From NCBI GenBank assembly GCA_964245075.1, contig CAXTLC010000009.1:6440-70439 (forward strand): a stretch of DNA of 64,000 nucleotides, given 5' to 3'. Positions 9,242-19,088 of this stretch are shown piece after piece. Below the pieces are notes generated by a model, which was given only the letters and a program-made list of their open reading frames with translations, was not told where the DNA came from and ran no database searches. A program made the position numbers and the translations under genes. Every line of letters begins with the position of its first letter. Positions within the stretch are counted from its first letter, which is position 1. This DNA is from an uncultured Acetobacteraceae bacterium (lineage in GTDB: Bacteria > Pseudomonadota > Alphaproteobacteria > Acetobacterales > Acetobacteraceae).

Positions 9242-10094
9242 AAGATTGCGATAGTCAAAAATGACACAGTGACCGCGCGTAGTTGGAACTCGGCCGCATT
9301 GCTCGCGTTCGCCCGCGCTCAGCGCACCCCCGGCCAATGCCGTCCGACGGTGTCCGGCCTGCCCTGTCATGCCGCCCCGGTCCAAGCCCAGCATGCAGCA
9401 GGCCCACCGCCCAACCGACCCGGGCCGATGAAAGTAGTCCGTACGGTTCGGCACCATCACGTTGAACAGCCCCGTCGTGGCGCGTTCCTCCATGCAGCCA
9501 TGCAGGTGAAAGCGCTCGGGCGCTGGCCGCTCCCTCATAATTCGTGCACAATCATAGGGTAATGCCGGAAGGCAAACACGATCGGACCGCCTTCGGCGGA
9601 CACCGGACAGATCGTTTCATCGTCCAGCCTGCCTGCTTTCAGCTTGGGCACGTCAATGACGTTCACGATCCAAACCATCAGGCCGGATGCTGCATCCCGC
9701 AGCGATGCCGCCGTGACTATTAAGTGACGCGCCAAAACACTGCGGTCATTAATCAAAACAATGTATTAATCCGTACTGCAAGATGCTCAATGACAACCAG
9801 AGCCGTCGGTTTTCCAACATTCAGCGGCACCCATCGACTCAGCCACTATAGTTGTGGCTTCTTGGAAGTAACAGTCGGGTTTACTTCCGACTCTGATTCG
9901 AGATGGCGGTGAAACACCGTTGGCAGGCAAGCGGCTCCACCAGGGCGCGGAACAGCGGCCCTATCGGCCGTCGGTCGTTCCCACCCGGGATGGCACCCGA
10001 CGCCCGAGACGGCCGTGGAGCAGGGGCCGGTTGCGTGATGCCGGGGTGCCCGGCAAGCTTGCCGCAACACGTGCTGTAACAGTGAGGAACGGCG

Positions 10095-11318
10095 ATGCGC
10101 CTGGATGACACCCACGATACAGCCCGGCGAAGCTGGGCGCCCGGCGCGGACAGCGGCGACTTCCCGCTGCACAACCTGCCCCTTGGCATTTTCAGCCCGC
10201 CGGACGGCGTGCCCCGGCCCGGCATTGCCATCGGGAACGCAGTGCTGGACCTGCCCGCGGCCGGGCTGCTGCCGCTGACCGCGACCCTGAACGCCTTCTT
10301 GGCAGAGGGTGCCGCCGCCCGGCAGGAGCTCCGCCGCGCGGCTTGGCGCCTGCTGGAAGCGTCCGCCCCAGCACGGCCCGAGTGGCTGCACCCCCTGTCC
10401 AGCTGCACGCTGCACCTGCCCTGCGCGATCGGCGACTACACCGACTTCTTCGCCGGCATCCATCATGCCACCACGACCGGCCGGCTTCTCCGCCCCGACC
10501 ACCCGTTGATGCCCAATTACAAGTATGTGCCGATCGCCTACCACGGACGCGCCTCGTCCGTGCGGGCCAGCGGCGCGCCCGTTCATCGGCCGAGCGGCCA
10601 GCGCAAGCCGGCGAGGGACGCCGAACCGAGCTTCGGCCCGTCGCGCAACCTCGACTACGAGGTGGAACTCGGCATCTGGATCGGTCCGGGCAACAAGCCG
10701 GGCGAGCCGATCCCGATCGGGCAGGCGGCGGACCACATCGCGGGCTTCTGCTTGCTGAACGACTGGTCGGCGCGCGATATCCAGGGGTGGGAGTCGCAGC
10801 CGCTCGGCCCGTTCCTGGCGAAGAGCTTCTGCACCACTGTCAGCCCTTGGATCATCAGTCCCGAGGCCTTGGCGCCTTACCGCTGCGCCGCCATGCCCCG
10901 CGCGCCCGGTGACCCGGCGCCGTTGAGCTACTTGGCCGACCCCGCGGACCAGGCGGGGGGTGGGCTGGGCCTGGACTTGGAAGCGACGCTGGCCACGCCG
11001 GGCGCATCGGCCGTGCTGTCCCGCGGCACGGCGCGCGACCTGTACTGGACGGCGGCGCAGATGGTCGCCCACCACAGCAGCGGCGGGTGCGACTTGCGGC
11101 CAGGTGACCTGTTCGGTTCTGGCACCATCTCCGGCCCGGCGCCGGGGAGCCGGGGCTGCCTGCTGGAGATCACGGAAGGCGGCCGATCTCCGGTGTGCCT
11201 GCCGGACGGGACGGAACGGCGTTTCCTGGAAGATGGCGACACGGTCAGCCTTGCCGCCCGCTTCGGGTCTGCCGGGTTCGGGCCTTGCGTCGGCACGGTG
11301 GCCAGGGTGGCGTCGTGA
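10095..11318 (+). CDS. fahA: Fumarylacetoacetase
   Basis: DFPLHNLPLGIF, IGDYTDFFAGIHHA, NYKYVPIAYHGRASS, LDYEVELG, LLNDWSARDIQGWE, GDLFGSGTISG; GAGGA RBS. Confidence 0.93.
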   Translation: MRLDDTHDTARRSWAPGADSGDFPLHNLPLGIFSPPDGVPRPGIAIGNAVLDLPAAGLLPLTATLNAFLAEGAAARQELRRAAWRLLEASAPARPEWLHPLSSCTLHLPCAIGDYTDFFAGIHHATTTGRLLRPDHPLMPNYKYVPIAYHGRASSVRASGAPVHRPSGQRKPARDAEPSFGPSRNLDYEVELGIWIGPGNKPGEPIPIGQAADHIAGFCLLNDWSARDIQGWESQPLGPFLAKSFCTTVSPWIISPEALAPYRCAAMPRAPGDPAPLSYLADPADQAGGGLGLDLEATLATPGASAVLSRGTARDLYWTAAQMVAHHSSGGCDLRPGDLFGSGTISGPAPGSRGCLLEITEGGRSPVCLPDGTERRFLEDGDTVSLAARFGSAGFGPCVGTVARVAS

Positions 11319-12100
11319 CTGGCCGCTTGGCGGGCCGCACCGCGATCATCACCGGCGCGGGCAGCGGCATCGGCCGGGCCACTGCCCGCCTGTTCGCTGC
11401 CGAGGGCGCAAGGCTGCTGCTGGTGGACCGCAACGAGCAGGGATTGGCCGAGACGGCCGCGCCGATCGAGGGAGCCGCGCCCACGATGGTGGAAGCCGAT
11501 GCGGGCGACGAGGCTGACGTGGCGGCGTTCGTCGCCCGGGCGGTGGCGGATTGGGGCGCCATCGACGTGCTTTACGCCAATGCCGGGGTCAGCGGCGGGC
11601 TTCACCCGTTCCTGGACGAGACGGTCGAGCGGTGGACGGAGGTGCTGCGGGTGAACCTGCTCGGCCCGTTCCTGGCGATCAGGGCGGTGGCGCCGCACAT
11701 GGTCGCGCGTGGCCGTGGTTCGATCCTGTGCACCGCCTCGGTGGCTGGGTTGCGCGCCAACGCGGCGGGGGCGCCATACAGCGCGAGCAAGGCCGGCGTG
11801 ATCAGCCTGGTGCAGACCGCCGCCGACGCGCTGGCCGGCACGGGGGTGCGGGTGAACGCGATCTGCCCGGGGCTGATCGAGACGGGGATGACCGCTCCGA
11901 TCTTTGAGCGGGCGCGCGAGAAGGGAACGCTGGGCAAGGTCGGCCAGCTTAACCCGCTGCGCCGGGCTGGGGTGCCGGAGGAGATCGCTGGTGCGGCGTT
12001 GTTCCTGGCGAGCGACGACTCGGCATACGTGAACGGCCAGGCCATTGCGGTGGACGGCGGCTTGTCCAGCACGCATCCATTCACCGGGTCGAGACGTTGA
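11315..12100 (+). CDS. Short-chain dehydrogenase/reductase
   Basis: [22 protein letters not shown]; GTGA overlap with the fahA stop. Confidence 0.92.
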   Translation: MTGRLAGRTAIITGAGSGIGRATARLFAAEGARLLLVDRNEQGLAETAAPIEGAAPTMVEADAGDEADVAAFVARAVADWGAIDVLYANAGVSGGLHPFLDETVERWTEVLRVNLLGPFLAIRAVAPHMVARGRGSILCTASVAGLRANAAGAPYSASKAGVISLVQTAADALAGTGVRVNAICPGLIETGMTAPIFERAREKGTLGKVGQLNPLRRAGVPEEIAGAALFLASDDSAYVNGQAIAVDGGLSSTHPFTGSRR

Positions 12101-12134
12101 GGCTCGGCGCAGGCCGGCGAGGTTCGGAGGAACG

Positions 12135-12530
12135 ATGGAGATCAAGCGAAGCGGTTCGCAGCCGTCCGGCAAGGGACCGGCGGAGTGGTTTACCGGCGTG
12201 GTCCGTGTCGACCCGTTGTTCAGCCCGCCTGACCCGGCCCGCGTCAACGGCGCGCTCGTCACGTTCGAACCCGGCGCCCGCACAGCCTGGCACACGCACC
12301 CGCTCGGCCAGACCCTGATCGTGACTGCCGGCTGCGGCCGGGTTCAGCGTGAAGGCGGGGCGGTCGAGGACATCCGGCCCGGCGACGTGGTGTGGTTCGC
12401 GCCCGGCGAGAAGCACTGGCACGGGGCCACGCCGACCACGGCCATGAGCCACATCGCGGTGCAGGAGAAGCTGAACGGCTCGCCCGTGGACTGGATGGAA
12501 CACGTCAGCGACGAACAGTATCGCGCGTGA
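12135..12530 (+). CDS. Cupin domain protein
   Basis: [18 protein letters not shown]...GEKHWHGA cupin motifs; GGAGG RBS. Confidence 0.9.
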   Translation: MEIKRSGSQPSGKGPAEWFTGVVRVDPLFSPPDPARVNGALVTFEPGARTAWHTHPLGQTLIVTAGCGRVQREGGAVEDIRPGDVVWFAPGEKHWHGATPTTAMSHIAVQEKLNGSPVDWMEHVSDEQYRA

Positions 12531-12713
12531 AGGCAGGGCGGACGTTGCCGGGACTGCTCCTGGCGACCGCCAGCGTGTCGCCCCGGTTCCCGTGAGCCGC
12601 AAACCGATGGGCAGGAGAACGCCTCCTCGCTGCTCGTTACCATCGTCTCCGGCAATTGGCCGCCATTCCTCTGCACGCCCCAGCCTGTTGGGCCGGTATG
12701 ACAGGTCCGCCAA

Positions 12714-13256
12714 TTAGCTGAGGCTATGCACCGGGTTTGCGCCTGTTCCCCACGGCTCGGGACCGGAAAGCCGGGAAGCGTGGAAACGGCCCTTGCGATC
12801 TCTCAACTGGCTTAGCCGCCGCGGAGGTGTGGCGGGCGGCATCATGGTGGCCAACCGCGGGCGCAGCGCATACGCGGCCAGGCTGGCGGCCGCCGCCTTG
12901 ATGTCGTCCGCTCCACTCGCATCTGCCGCAACGCTCACCAGACCCAGCAATGCGCGCAACTCCGGCAGGTCGGTGGCCCGCAATCCTGCTCCCAGCATGC
13001 TCGCCATGCGCCGCAGCGCCGGAACCGCTTTGGAATGGCAAGCCATCCAGCTCGCGTCCTCGATCTCCTCCAGAGCGTATTCAACCAGCTTTGTCGCTCC
13101 CGCTTCCGAGAGCGGCACGGTATGCGGGATCGCAATCCAGTGTTTCATGCCGGTATTGAAATCTTGCGCTTTCTGAACACAGTCAGAACAGGTATCTTGA
13201 CGCCGGAATGCAGACTTCGCAGCATTCCATAGAACGACAACTGGATCAGAGGGCAA
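12714..13256 (-). CDS. Hypothetical protein (uncertain)
   Basis: 180-aa ORF in a visibly less GC-rich stretch; no recognisable motif. Confidence 0.3.
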   Translation of the reverse strand: MPSDPVVVLWNAAKSAFRRQDTCSDCVQKAQDFNTGMKHWIAIPHTVPLSEAGATKLVEYALEEIEDASWMACHSKAVPALRRMASMLGAGLRATDLPELRALLGLVSVAADASGADDIKAAAASLAAYALRPRLATMMPPATPPRRLSQLRDRKGRFHASRLSGPEPWGTGANPVHSLS

Positions 13257-13625
13257 CGGTCCAACTCCATGTAAGGCGCGCTTTATCCAAAAAGTTTATT
13301 AAGGCGGAGTGAATTGGTCATGACCGCAGGTGGTGAGTCCCAGGTGTGTCGAACTCACTTGCTCTCAGGAAGCATGCACTTCGCCGAAATCCAGCATGTA
13401 CCAGCACAACAAACAGTCCACTTGCTACTCCAGGCGGTGTGGGACACCCCAGATTGCTGGAGCCGCGACAGCAGCACCGTCGTTCATCATACGATGGTAC
13501 TGCCGGCCGGATGCACGGAGTGGCCATGAAAAATGACATCACCGCCGCGTCGGCTTGTCCGCCCAGCGTCGGGGCAGGCGGCCGGCCATCGCACCAGGCC
13601 GAACCGTTCCCGGCAGGGAACCAGC

Positions 13626-14330
13626 TCAGCCAGGCGCGTCCAGGCCGGCGCCATCAATGAAGTGCCGCAGCCAATTGGCCGCCCGGCCGCCGTCCTCAGG
13701 CTGCAACAAAGAGAGCAGGGCCGGGTCGGCGAGCGGGCCGTAAACATCGCGCCGCGCCTCGATCAGGGCGGCGGAGAAGGCGACGCTGAACTCCGGGTGG
13801 CCTTGCACCGACACCGTGTCGTCGTCGTAGCCGATTGAAGCGAACGGCGTGAATGCACTGGCGGCGAGCACCCGCGAGCCGGGCGGAAGCGTCACCACCT
13901 GGTCCTGGTGAAAGGCGGGGATTGCGAACGCCAAAGGGTCGCGCATGCCAGGGGGCGGCTCGATGATCTCATACCGGTGCACGCCGAGCCCCCAGCCTTT
14001 GGGCGACTTCACGACTTCGCCACCAAACGCCTTGGCCATCGCCTGGTGGCCGAAGCAGATGCCAACGAGCTTTGCCTTACCCCGAACCTTGCGTAGGAAA
14101 TCGAGGAACGGCGGTATCCAAGGCAGGTCGTCATACACCCCCGCCGCAGACCCGGTGATCACGTAAGCCGAACATTCGGCAGGATCGGCCGGAAGCCCGC
14201 CCGCCGTCACGTCGTAGCTGCGGTACTCGCGATCACGGCCAAGCATGGTGCGAATCATGTCGCCGTAGGTGCCCCACTGTTCGCACAATGCCGCGGGGGG
14301 CCGACCTGTTTCGAGAATGCCGATCGTCAT
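13626..14330 (-). CDS. Type 1 glutamine amidotransferase (GMP-synthase-like GATase)
   Basis: MTIGILETG start, VITGS, GICFGHQ nucleophile Cys, QGHPEF His-Glu. Confidence 0.9.
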   Translation of the reverse strand: MTIGILETGRPPAALCEQWGTYGDMIRTMLGRDREYRSYDVTAGGLPADPAECSAYVITGSAAGVYDDLPWIPPFLDFLRKVRGKAKLVGICFGHQAMAKAFGGEVVKSPKGWGLGVHRYEIIEPPPGMRDPLAFAIPAFHQDQVVTLPPGSRVLAASAFTPFASIGYDDDTVSVQGHPEFSVAFSAALIEARRDVYGPLADPALLSLLQPEDGGRAANWLRHFIDGAGLDAPG

Positions 14331-14407
14331 GGCCCAGCATCTCACGGCTTGAGCCAGACGGACAACCGCCTGATCGCTGCCTCCTCTGCGGCGGCACAGT
14401 TTCTCCG

Positions 14408-15721
14408 CTAGCCATGGCCGTCGCCCGTGACGCGCCAGATCACGTCGCCCACGTCGTCCGCCATCAGGAGGGACCGGCCGTCCGCGCCCAGCGTCACGCC
14501 GACCGGCCGCCCGAAGGACACGCGTTCGTCTGGCGCAAGGAACCCCCAGAGGATATCCCGCGGCGGCCCGGACGGACGTCCGTTCTCGAACGGCACGAAA
14601 ACAAGCTTGTAGCCGCTCAGCTTGCTGCGGTTCCACGACCCGTGCTGCCCGATCGCCATGCCTTCCGGGAAGCCCGGCAGCGTTCCGGCCGGCACCCAGC
14701 ACAAGCCCAGCGACGCGGTGTGCCCGCCGAGCGCGTAGTCCGGCGTCAGCGCCCTTGCGACTGCTTCCGGGTCCTGCGGGACGCGGTCGTCGACCGTCTG
14801 GCCCCAGTAGCAGTACGGCCAGCCGTAGAAGCCGCCATCGCGCACCGATGTCAGATAATCGGGCGGGGTCTCGTCGCCCAGGCCGTCGCGCTCGTTGACC
14901 ACGGTCCAAAGCGCGCCGGACGTTGGCTCCCAGGCCAGGCCCACCGGATTGCGCAAGCCGCTGGCAAAGATGCGGCTGCTGCCGCTCGCAAGGTCAAGCT
15001 CATAGACCGCGGCACGCCCCTGCTCGGCTTCCATGCCCTCGTCGCCGATGTTGCTGAGTGATCCGACGCCTGCGTAAAGCTTCTGGCCGTCAGGACTCGG
15101 CAACAGGCTCCGCGTCCAATGGCCGCCGGGCTTGAACTCGACCAGCTTGCGGCCTGGCACCGTGATCCGGTCCGCGCCGTCCACATAGGGGAAAACAACG
15201 ATGCCGTCGGTGTTGCCGACGTAGAACTCACCGTCCAGGAGCGCCATGCCGAAGGGCTGGTTCAGCCCTTCCATGAACACTTCCTGAGTTTCGGCGACGC
15301 CGTCGCCATTTGTGTCGCGCAGGAGTGTGATGCGGTTCGCACTTTCTCCCATGGCGGCCGCCCGCTTCATGGTGCTGACCATGGCGTAATCGAAGACGCC
15401 CTTGGCGGCCCTGGTCGCGTTGGTGGCTTCCGCGGCTAGAACATCCCCATTGGGCAGCACCAGAATCCAGCGCGGATGCTTGAGCCCAACGGCGAACGCG
15501 TTGACCTTGAGGCCGGGCGCCGCGAGCGGGGTTTGTCCCGGACTCCAACCCTGGGCCGTCGGCATCTTCAGCGTCGGAATGCTGCCTTGCGGCTTTGCCG
15601 CCGGAATGGCCGGAGCAGCCCCCCAGGCCGGTTCGGGCGCGCTGCCGTTCAACCGCCGCACCAATGTGGCCCCGCCGCCGACCAGCGAGACACCCCGCGC
15701 GAACATGTCCGAAAGATCCAA
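14408..15721 (-). CDS. Sorbosone dehydrogenase family (PQQ-type beta-propeller) protein
   Basis: LKHPRWILVLPNGDVL, GHWTRSL, GLRNPVGL, NERDGLGDETPPDY, GGHTASLGL, GRPVGV. Confidence 0.88.
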   Translation of the reverse strand: MDLSDMFARGVSLVGGGATLVRRLNGSAPEPAWGAAPAIPAAKPQGSIPTLKMPTAQGWSPGQTPLAAPGLKVNAFAVGLKHPRWILVLPNGDVLAAEATNATRAAKGVFDYAMVSTMKRAAAMGESANRITLLRDTNGDGVAETQEVFMEGLNQPFGMALLDGEFYVGNTDGIVVFPYVDGADRITVPGRKLVEFKPGGHWTRSLLPSPDGQKLYAGVGSLSNIGDEGMEAEQGRAAVYELDLASGSSRIFASGLRNPVGLAWEPTSGALWTVVNERDGLGDETPPDYLTSVRDGGFYGWPYCYWGQTVDDRVPQDPEAVARALTPDYALGGHTASLGLCWVPAGTLPGFPEGMAIGQHGSWNRSKLSGYKLVFVPFENGRPSGPPRDILWGFLAPDERVSFGRPVGVTLGADGRSLLMADDVGDVIWRVTGDGHG

Positions 15722-15822
15722 TGCGCTGCACTCCTGATCACCGCACGCTGGTGGTGGGCCGAATCGCCTGGCTGGTCAGGGACCAAGTGTCAGGTTCGGA
15801 CCACTCGCTGATGACAACTTGG

Positions 15823-17235
15823 TCAACCAAACCGCCTTTTCCAGGCGAGCGTGCGCGCCCAGCGCCGCGCCGCGAGGCCGAACAACCCGGCTTCGTAGCC
15901 GCTGAACGCCGCGGCCTGCGACAGTTCGGAGCGGGTCGGGTAGGGCACGATCGCCTCGGTCAAGGCCCAGCGGCTCGCCTTGCCGCCCATCACCAGCGAC
16001 CAGGGCAACAGCAGCTCGCCCGCATGGGCTCCCAGGATGGTCACGCCCACGACGCGGCCCTGGAGCCGCACTACCTTGATAAAGCCATCGGTATCGCCTT
16101 CGGCCACGGCACGGTCGTTCTCGGACCAGTCTGCGCGCGTGACCTCGACCCGTCCGTGCCGGGCGCGAGCCGCCTCCTCCGTCAGCCCCAGTTGGGCAAG
16201 TTCGGGATCGCTGTAGGTCACGCTCGGCAGAAGCTGGAAATGGGCGGCAGCCGGCAGCCCGAACCCCAGCGCCGACACCAGGACCCGTCCCTCATGCCCG
16301 GCGGCATGGGTGAACCGCGGCCCAGCCCGGCAATCGCCGATCGCGTAGATGTGCTTGTTGCTGGTGCGTCGGCGGGCGTCCACCGTGATGCCGCGCTCGT
16401 CCCACGCCACGCCCGCCCGTGCGAGGCCCAGGCCGTCCAGCCGGGCGCGCCGCCCCGTGGCGACCAGCAGGTGCGAGCCGCGCATCGCGTCCCTTCCGGA
16501 GCACTCGAGCCGTATCCCGCCGGGCTCGGCGAACGCACCGGTGACGGTGGCGTGCTCGGCCACGGTGATCCCTTCCGCCCGGAGCAGCGCCAGGAGCCAA
16601 GCCGCCGCATCCCGATCGCCACGGGGAAGGAACGCGTGGCTGTCCACGATCGTCACCTCAGCCCCCAAACGCCGGAACGCCTGCGCCATCTCCGCCCCGG
16701 TCGAGCCGGCGCCCAGCACCAGCAAGTGCTGCGGCAGGGTGTCGAGCGCGAACAGGGTCTCGTTGGTCAGGAACGGCAGGCCGTGCAGCCCGGGGATTGG
16801 CGGCGCTGCCGGGTCGGAGCCGGTTGCGAGCACGATGCGCGGCGCTGCCAGGGCGCGGCTTCCTACCTGGACGGCATGCCGGCCGGCCAGGCTCGCGTCG
16901 CCCCGGATCACCTCCACGCCCCAGCCTGCGAACCGTTCCTCGGAGTCATGCGGCGCGATGGCAGCGACCGTCGCCGCCACGTGGGCACGCACGGCGGCGA
17001 AATCGATGGCCGGGCCAGCGCCGGCAACGCCGAGCCGGTCACCCCGCATCGCCTGTGCCCGGCGTGCCGCCGCCAGCAGTGCCTTGGAGGGCACGCAGCC
17101 GGTGTTGAGGCACTCGCCGCCCATGCGGCCACGCTCGATCAGCGCCACGCGCAGGCCGAGCCGGGCGCAGCCGCCGGCCACGGTCAAGCCGGCCGCCCCC
17201 GCGCCGATCACGACCACATCATGCGTCCAGTCCAA
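15823..17235 (-). CDS. Pyridine nucleotide-disulfide oxidoreductase (MerA/dihydrolipoamide dehydrogenase-like)
   Basis: VVVIGAGAAG, GGECLNTGCVPSK redox disulfide, GAGSTGAEMA, YAIGDC; TTG start inferred after GGAGG; no C-terminal Cys-Cys. Confidence 0.88.
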   Translation of the reverse strand: MDWTHDVVVIGAGAAGLTVAGGCARLGLRVALIERGRMGGECLNTGCVPSKALLAAARRAQAMRGDRLGVAGAGPAIDFAAVRAHVAATVAAIAPHDSEERFAGWGVEVIRGDASLAGRHAVQVGSRALAAPRIVLATGSDPAAPPIPGLHGLPFLTNETLFALDTLPQHLLVLGAGSTGAEMAQAFRRLGAEVTIVDSHAFLPRGDRDAAAWLLALLRAEGITVAEHATVTGAFAEPGGIRLECSGRDAMRGSHLLVATGRRARLDGLGLARAGVAWDERGITVDARRRTSNKHIYAIGDCRAGPRFTHAAGHEGRVLVSALGFGLPAAAHFQLLPSVTYSDPELAQLGLTEEAARARHGRVEVTRADWSENDRAVAEGDTDGFIKVVRLQGRVVGVTILGAHAGELLLPWSLVMGGKASRWALTEAIVPYPTRSELSQAAAFSGYEAGLFGLAARRWARTLAWKRRFG

Positions 17236-17278
17236 AGCAGGCCTCCATTCGCGGCGAAAGGCGGACCATATAGCTGGC

Positions 17279-18421
17279 ATGGCATCCAACGAATCGGCCC
17301 CGCGCGCTTTGCGTGTTCTCGTGACGGGGGCCGCCGGGCTGATCGGGCAGGAACTCTGCGCGGCACTCGCCCGGCGCGGCCATGCGGTTGCGGGGCTGCT
17401 GCGCCGCGGGGGCACGCCTTCCCGCAGCCGCGGCGTGGTGCAACCCTACTGCGGCCATCTCGCGCCGGGCACGGTCGCGCTGGTCGAGGGGGACGTCGCG
17501 GAGCCCGGCCTTGGCATGGCGCCGGAGTTGGCCGCGCGTTTGGCGGCGGGATTGGACCTCGTGGTGCATTGCGCCGCAGTGACCGGTTTCAGCCTGCCGG
17601 ACGAAACCTACCAGCGGGTGAACACGGACGGCACGGCACGGGTGCTGGAGCTTGCCGCGACGTCCCACCCGCCGGCCGGCCTGCTCCATGTCAGCACCGC
17701 CTACGTGTGCGGCGGCGCGCAGGGGACCGTGGCGGAGGCACCCTGCGCGCCCGCCCAGTTCAACAACGGCTACGAGGCGAGCAAGGCGGCGGCGGAAACG
17801 CTGGTTTGGGCGGCGCAGCATGAGGGCCAGGCCGTCGCCGTGGCCCGGCCTTCGATCGTGGCCGGACGCTGGGCGGATGGGGAGACGGCAAGCTTCGGCG
17901 CCGTTTACCAGTTGATCCGCCTGGTCGCCGAAGGCCGCATCCGGATGCTGCCGGCAGGGCACGGCGCCAGCCTGGACCTGGTTCCCATCGACCACGTGGT
18001 GGGCGGGCTGGTGGACATCGCCGAGCGCATGGCGGACGCCAACGGCCGCGTCTTCCACCTCGCGTCCGGCTGCCCGGTGCCGCTTGCGGCGCTGCGGCAT
18101 CTCGCCACGGCGTTCCCGCACCTTCACGCGCCCCGCTTCGTCACGCCGGACCGGTTCCAGCCCGCCCGCCCCGGCGGACGGGAGCGCTGGCTGCAAGACC
18201 AGGTCGTAACAGCCTACGCCGCCTACCTCCGCCCCAGCCCGCGCTTCCAAACCGCCAACCTGCTGGCGCTCACTGGCCGGAGCTGCCCGCCGGTGAACGA
18301 GGGCTATCTCCGGCGCTTGATCGCCTTCGCGATCTCAGCGGGGTTCCTGCCGGGCGAGCGGGTCAGCGGACGTCCGGATAATGGCGGTCAAGCTGCCGCC
18401 GCAGCCCAACCGCCCAACTGA
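17279..18421 (+). CDS. Extended SDR, thioester/fatty-acyl reductase-like (NAD_binding_4 type)
   Basis: VLVTGAAGLIG, VHCAAVTGF, LHVSTAYVCG, YEASK, ARPSIVAG. Confidence 0.82.
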   Translation: MASNESAPRALRVLVTGAAGLIGQELCAALARRGHAVAGLLRRGGTPSRSRGVVQPYCGHLAPGTVALVEGDVAEPGLGMAPELAARLAAGLDLVVHCAAVTGFSLPDETYQRVNTDGTARVLELAATSHPPAGLLHVSTAYVCGGAQGTVAEAPCAPAQFNNGYEASKAAAETLVWAAQHEGQAVAVARPSIVAGRWADGETASFGAVYQLIRLVAEGRIRMLPAGHGASLDLVPIDHVVGGLVDIAERMADANGRVFHLASGCPVPLAALRHLATAFPHLHAPRFVTPDRFQPARPGGRERWLQDQVVTAYAAYLRPSPRFQTANLLALTGRSCPPVNEGYLRRLIAFAISAGFLPGERVSGRPDNGGQAAAAAQPPN

Positions 18422-19088
18422 CGCTGACCCGAAGGTAGATCAGGTTGGCCCGCACCGGCCCCCAGGCCGCGACCCGGCGGTCCGAGGTGATCACGACCCG
18501 GTTGACCATCCGGGTCCGGCCGAAGCGGTGCAGCCGGACGCACAGGTCGGCGTCCTCCATGATGGGCAACGCCGTGTCGCAGCCGCCGGCGGCGAGGAAG
18601 TCCTCCCGGCGGAAGAACATGGCGTGGTCGCCGAACAGCAGGCGCGCGCCCCGCAGGAACAGATGCGGCCGGAACAGCATCGGTCCGTAGTAGGTCTTGG
18701 CCCAGTTGTGCAGGCTGGTGCCCCAGCGCACCCGGTCCGGCCCGCTCAGCAGCGGCGTGAAGCTGGCCAGCGCCAACCGCCGGTCCGCCATGGTGGCGGT
18801 GATCACCGCCACCGCGTCGTCCGGCAGGATGGTGTCCGCGTGCAGCACGCAAACCAGGGGGGCGCTCGCAGCGTCCACCCCGGCGTTGATCTGCGCGCCG
18901 CGGCCCCGGGGCGCGGTGATGACCCGCAGCCCGCCCGCCTGCGCGATGGCGGCGGACCCGTCCGTGCTGCCGCCGTCCACGGCGATGATCTCGGCCGGCG
19001 CCGGGTGCAGCACGCGCAGGCAGCGCAGCAGCCGGGGCAGGGCCGCCGCCTCGTTCAGCATGGGGATCACCACCGCCACCGCGCTCAC
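18363..19088 (-). CDS. Glycosyltransferase family 2 (TIGR04283-like, rSAM/selenodomain-associated transferase 2)
   Basis: VVIPMLNEA, VDGGSTDGS, RGAQINAG, VLHADT, FGDHAMF, IMEDADL, TSDRR; GTG start overlapping the upstream TGA. Confidence 0.85.
   Translation of the reverse strand: MSAVAVVIPMLNEAAALPRLLRCLRVLHPAPAEIIAVDGGSTDGSAAIAQAGGLRVITAPRGRGAQINAGVDAASAPLVCVLHADTILPDDAVAVITATMADRRLALASFTPLLSGPDRVRWGTSLHNWAKTYYGPMLFRPHLFLRGARLLFGDHAMFFRREDFLAAGGCDTALPIMEDADLCVRLHRFGRTRMVNRVVITSDRRVAAWGPVRANLIYLRVSVSWAVGLRRQLDRHYPDVR

Noticed and set aside
9227-9756. ORFs 9227-9538, 9255-9551, 9269-9562 and 9535-9756
   Set aside because: Mutually overlapping, no RBS or motifs; they overlap the RTX promoter region.
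15823-17235. Calling this gene merA
   Set aside because: No C-terminal Cys pair, no metal-binding domain, no mer operon.
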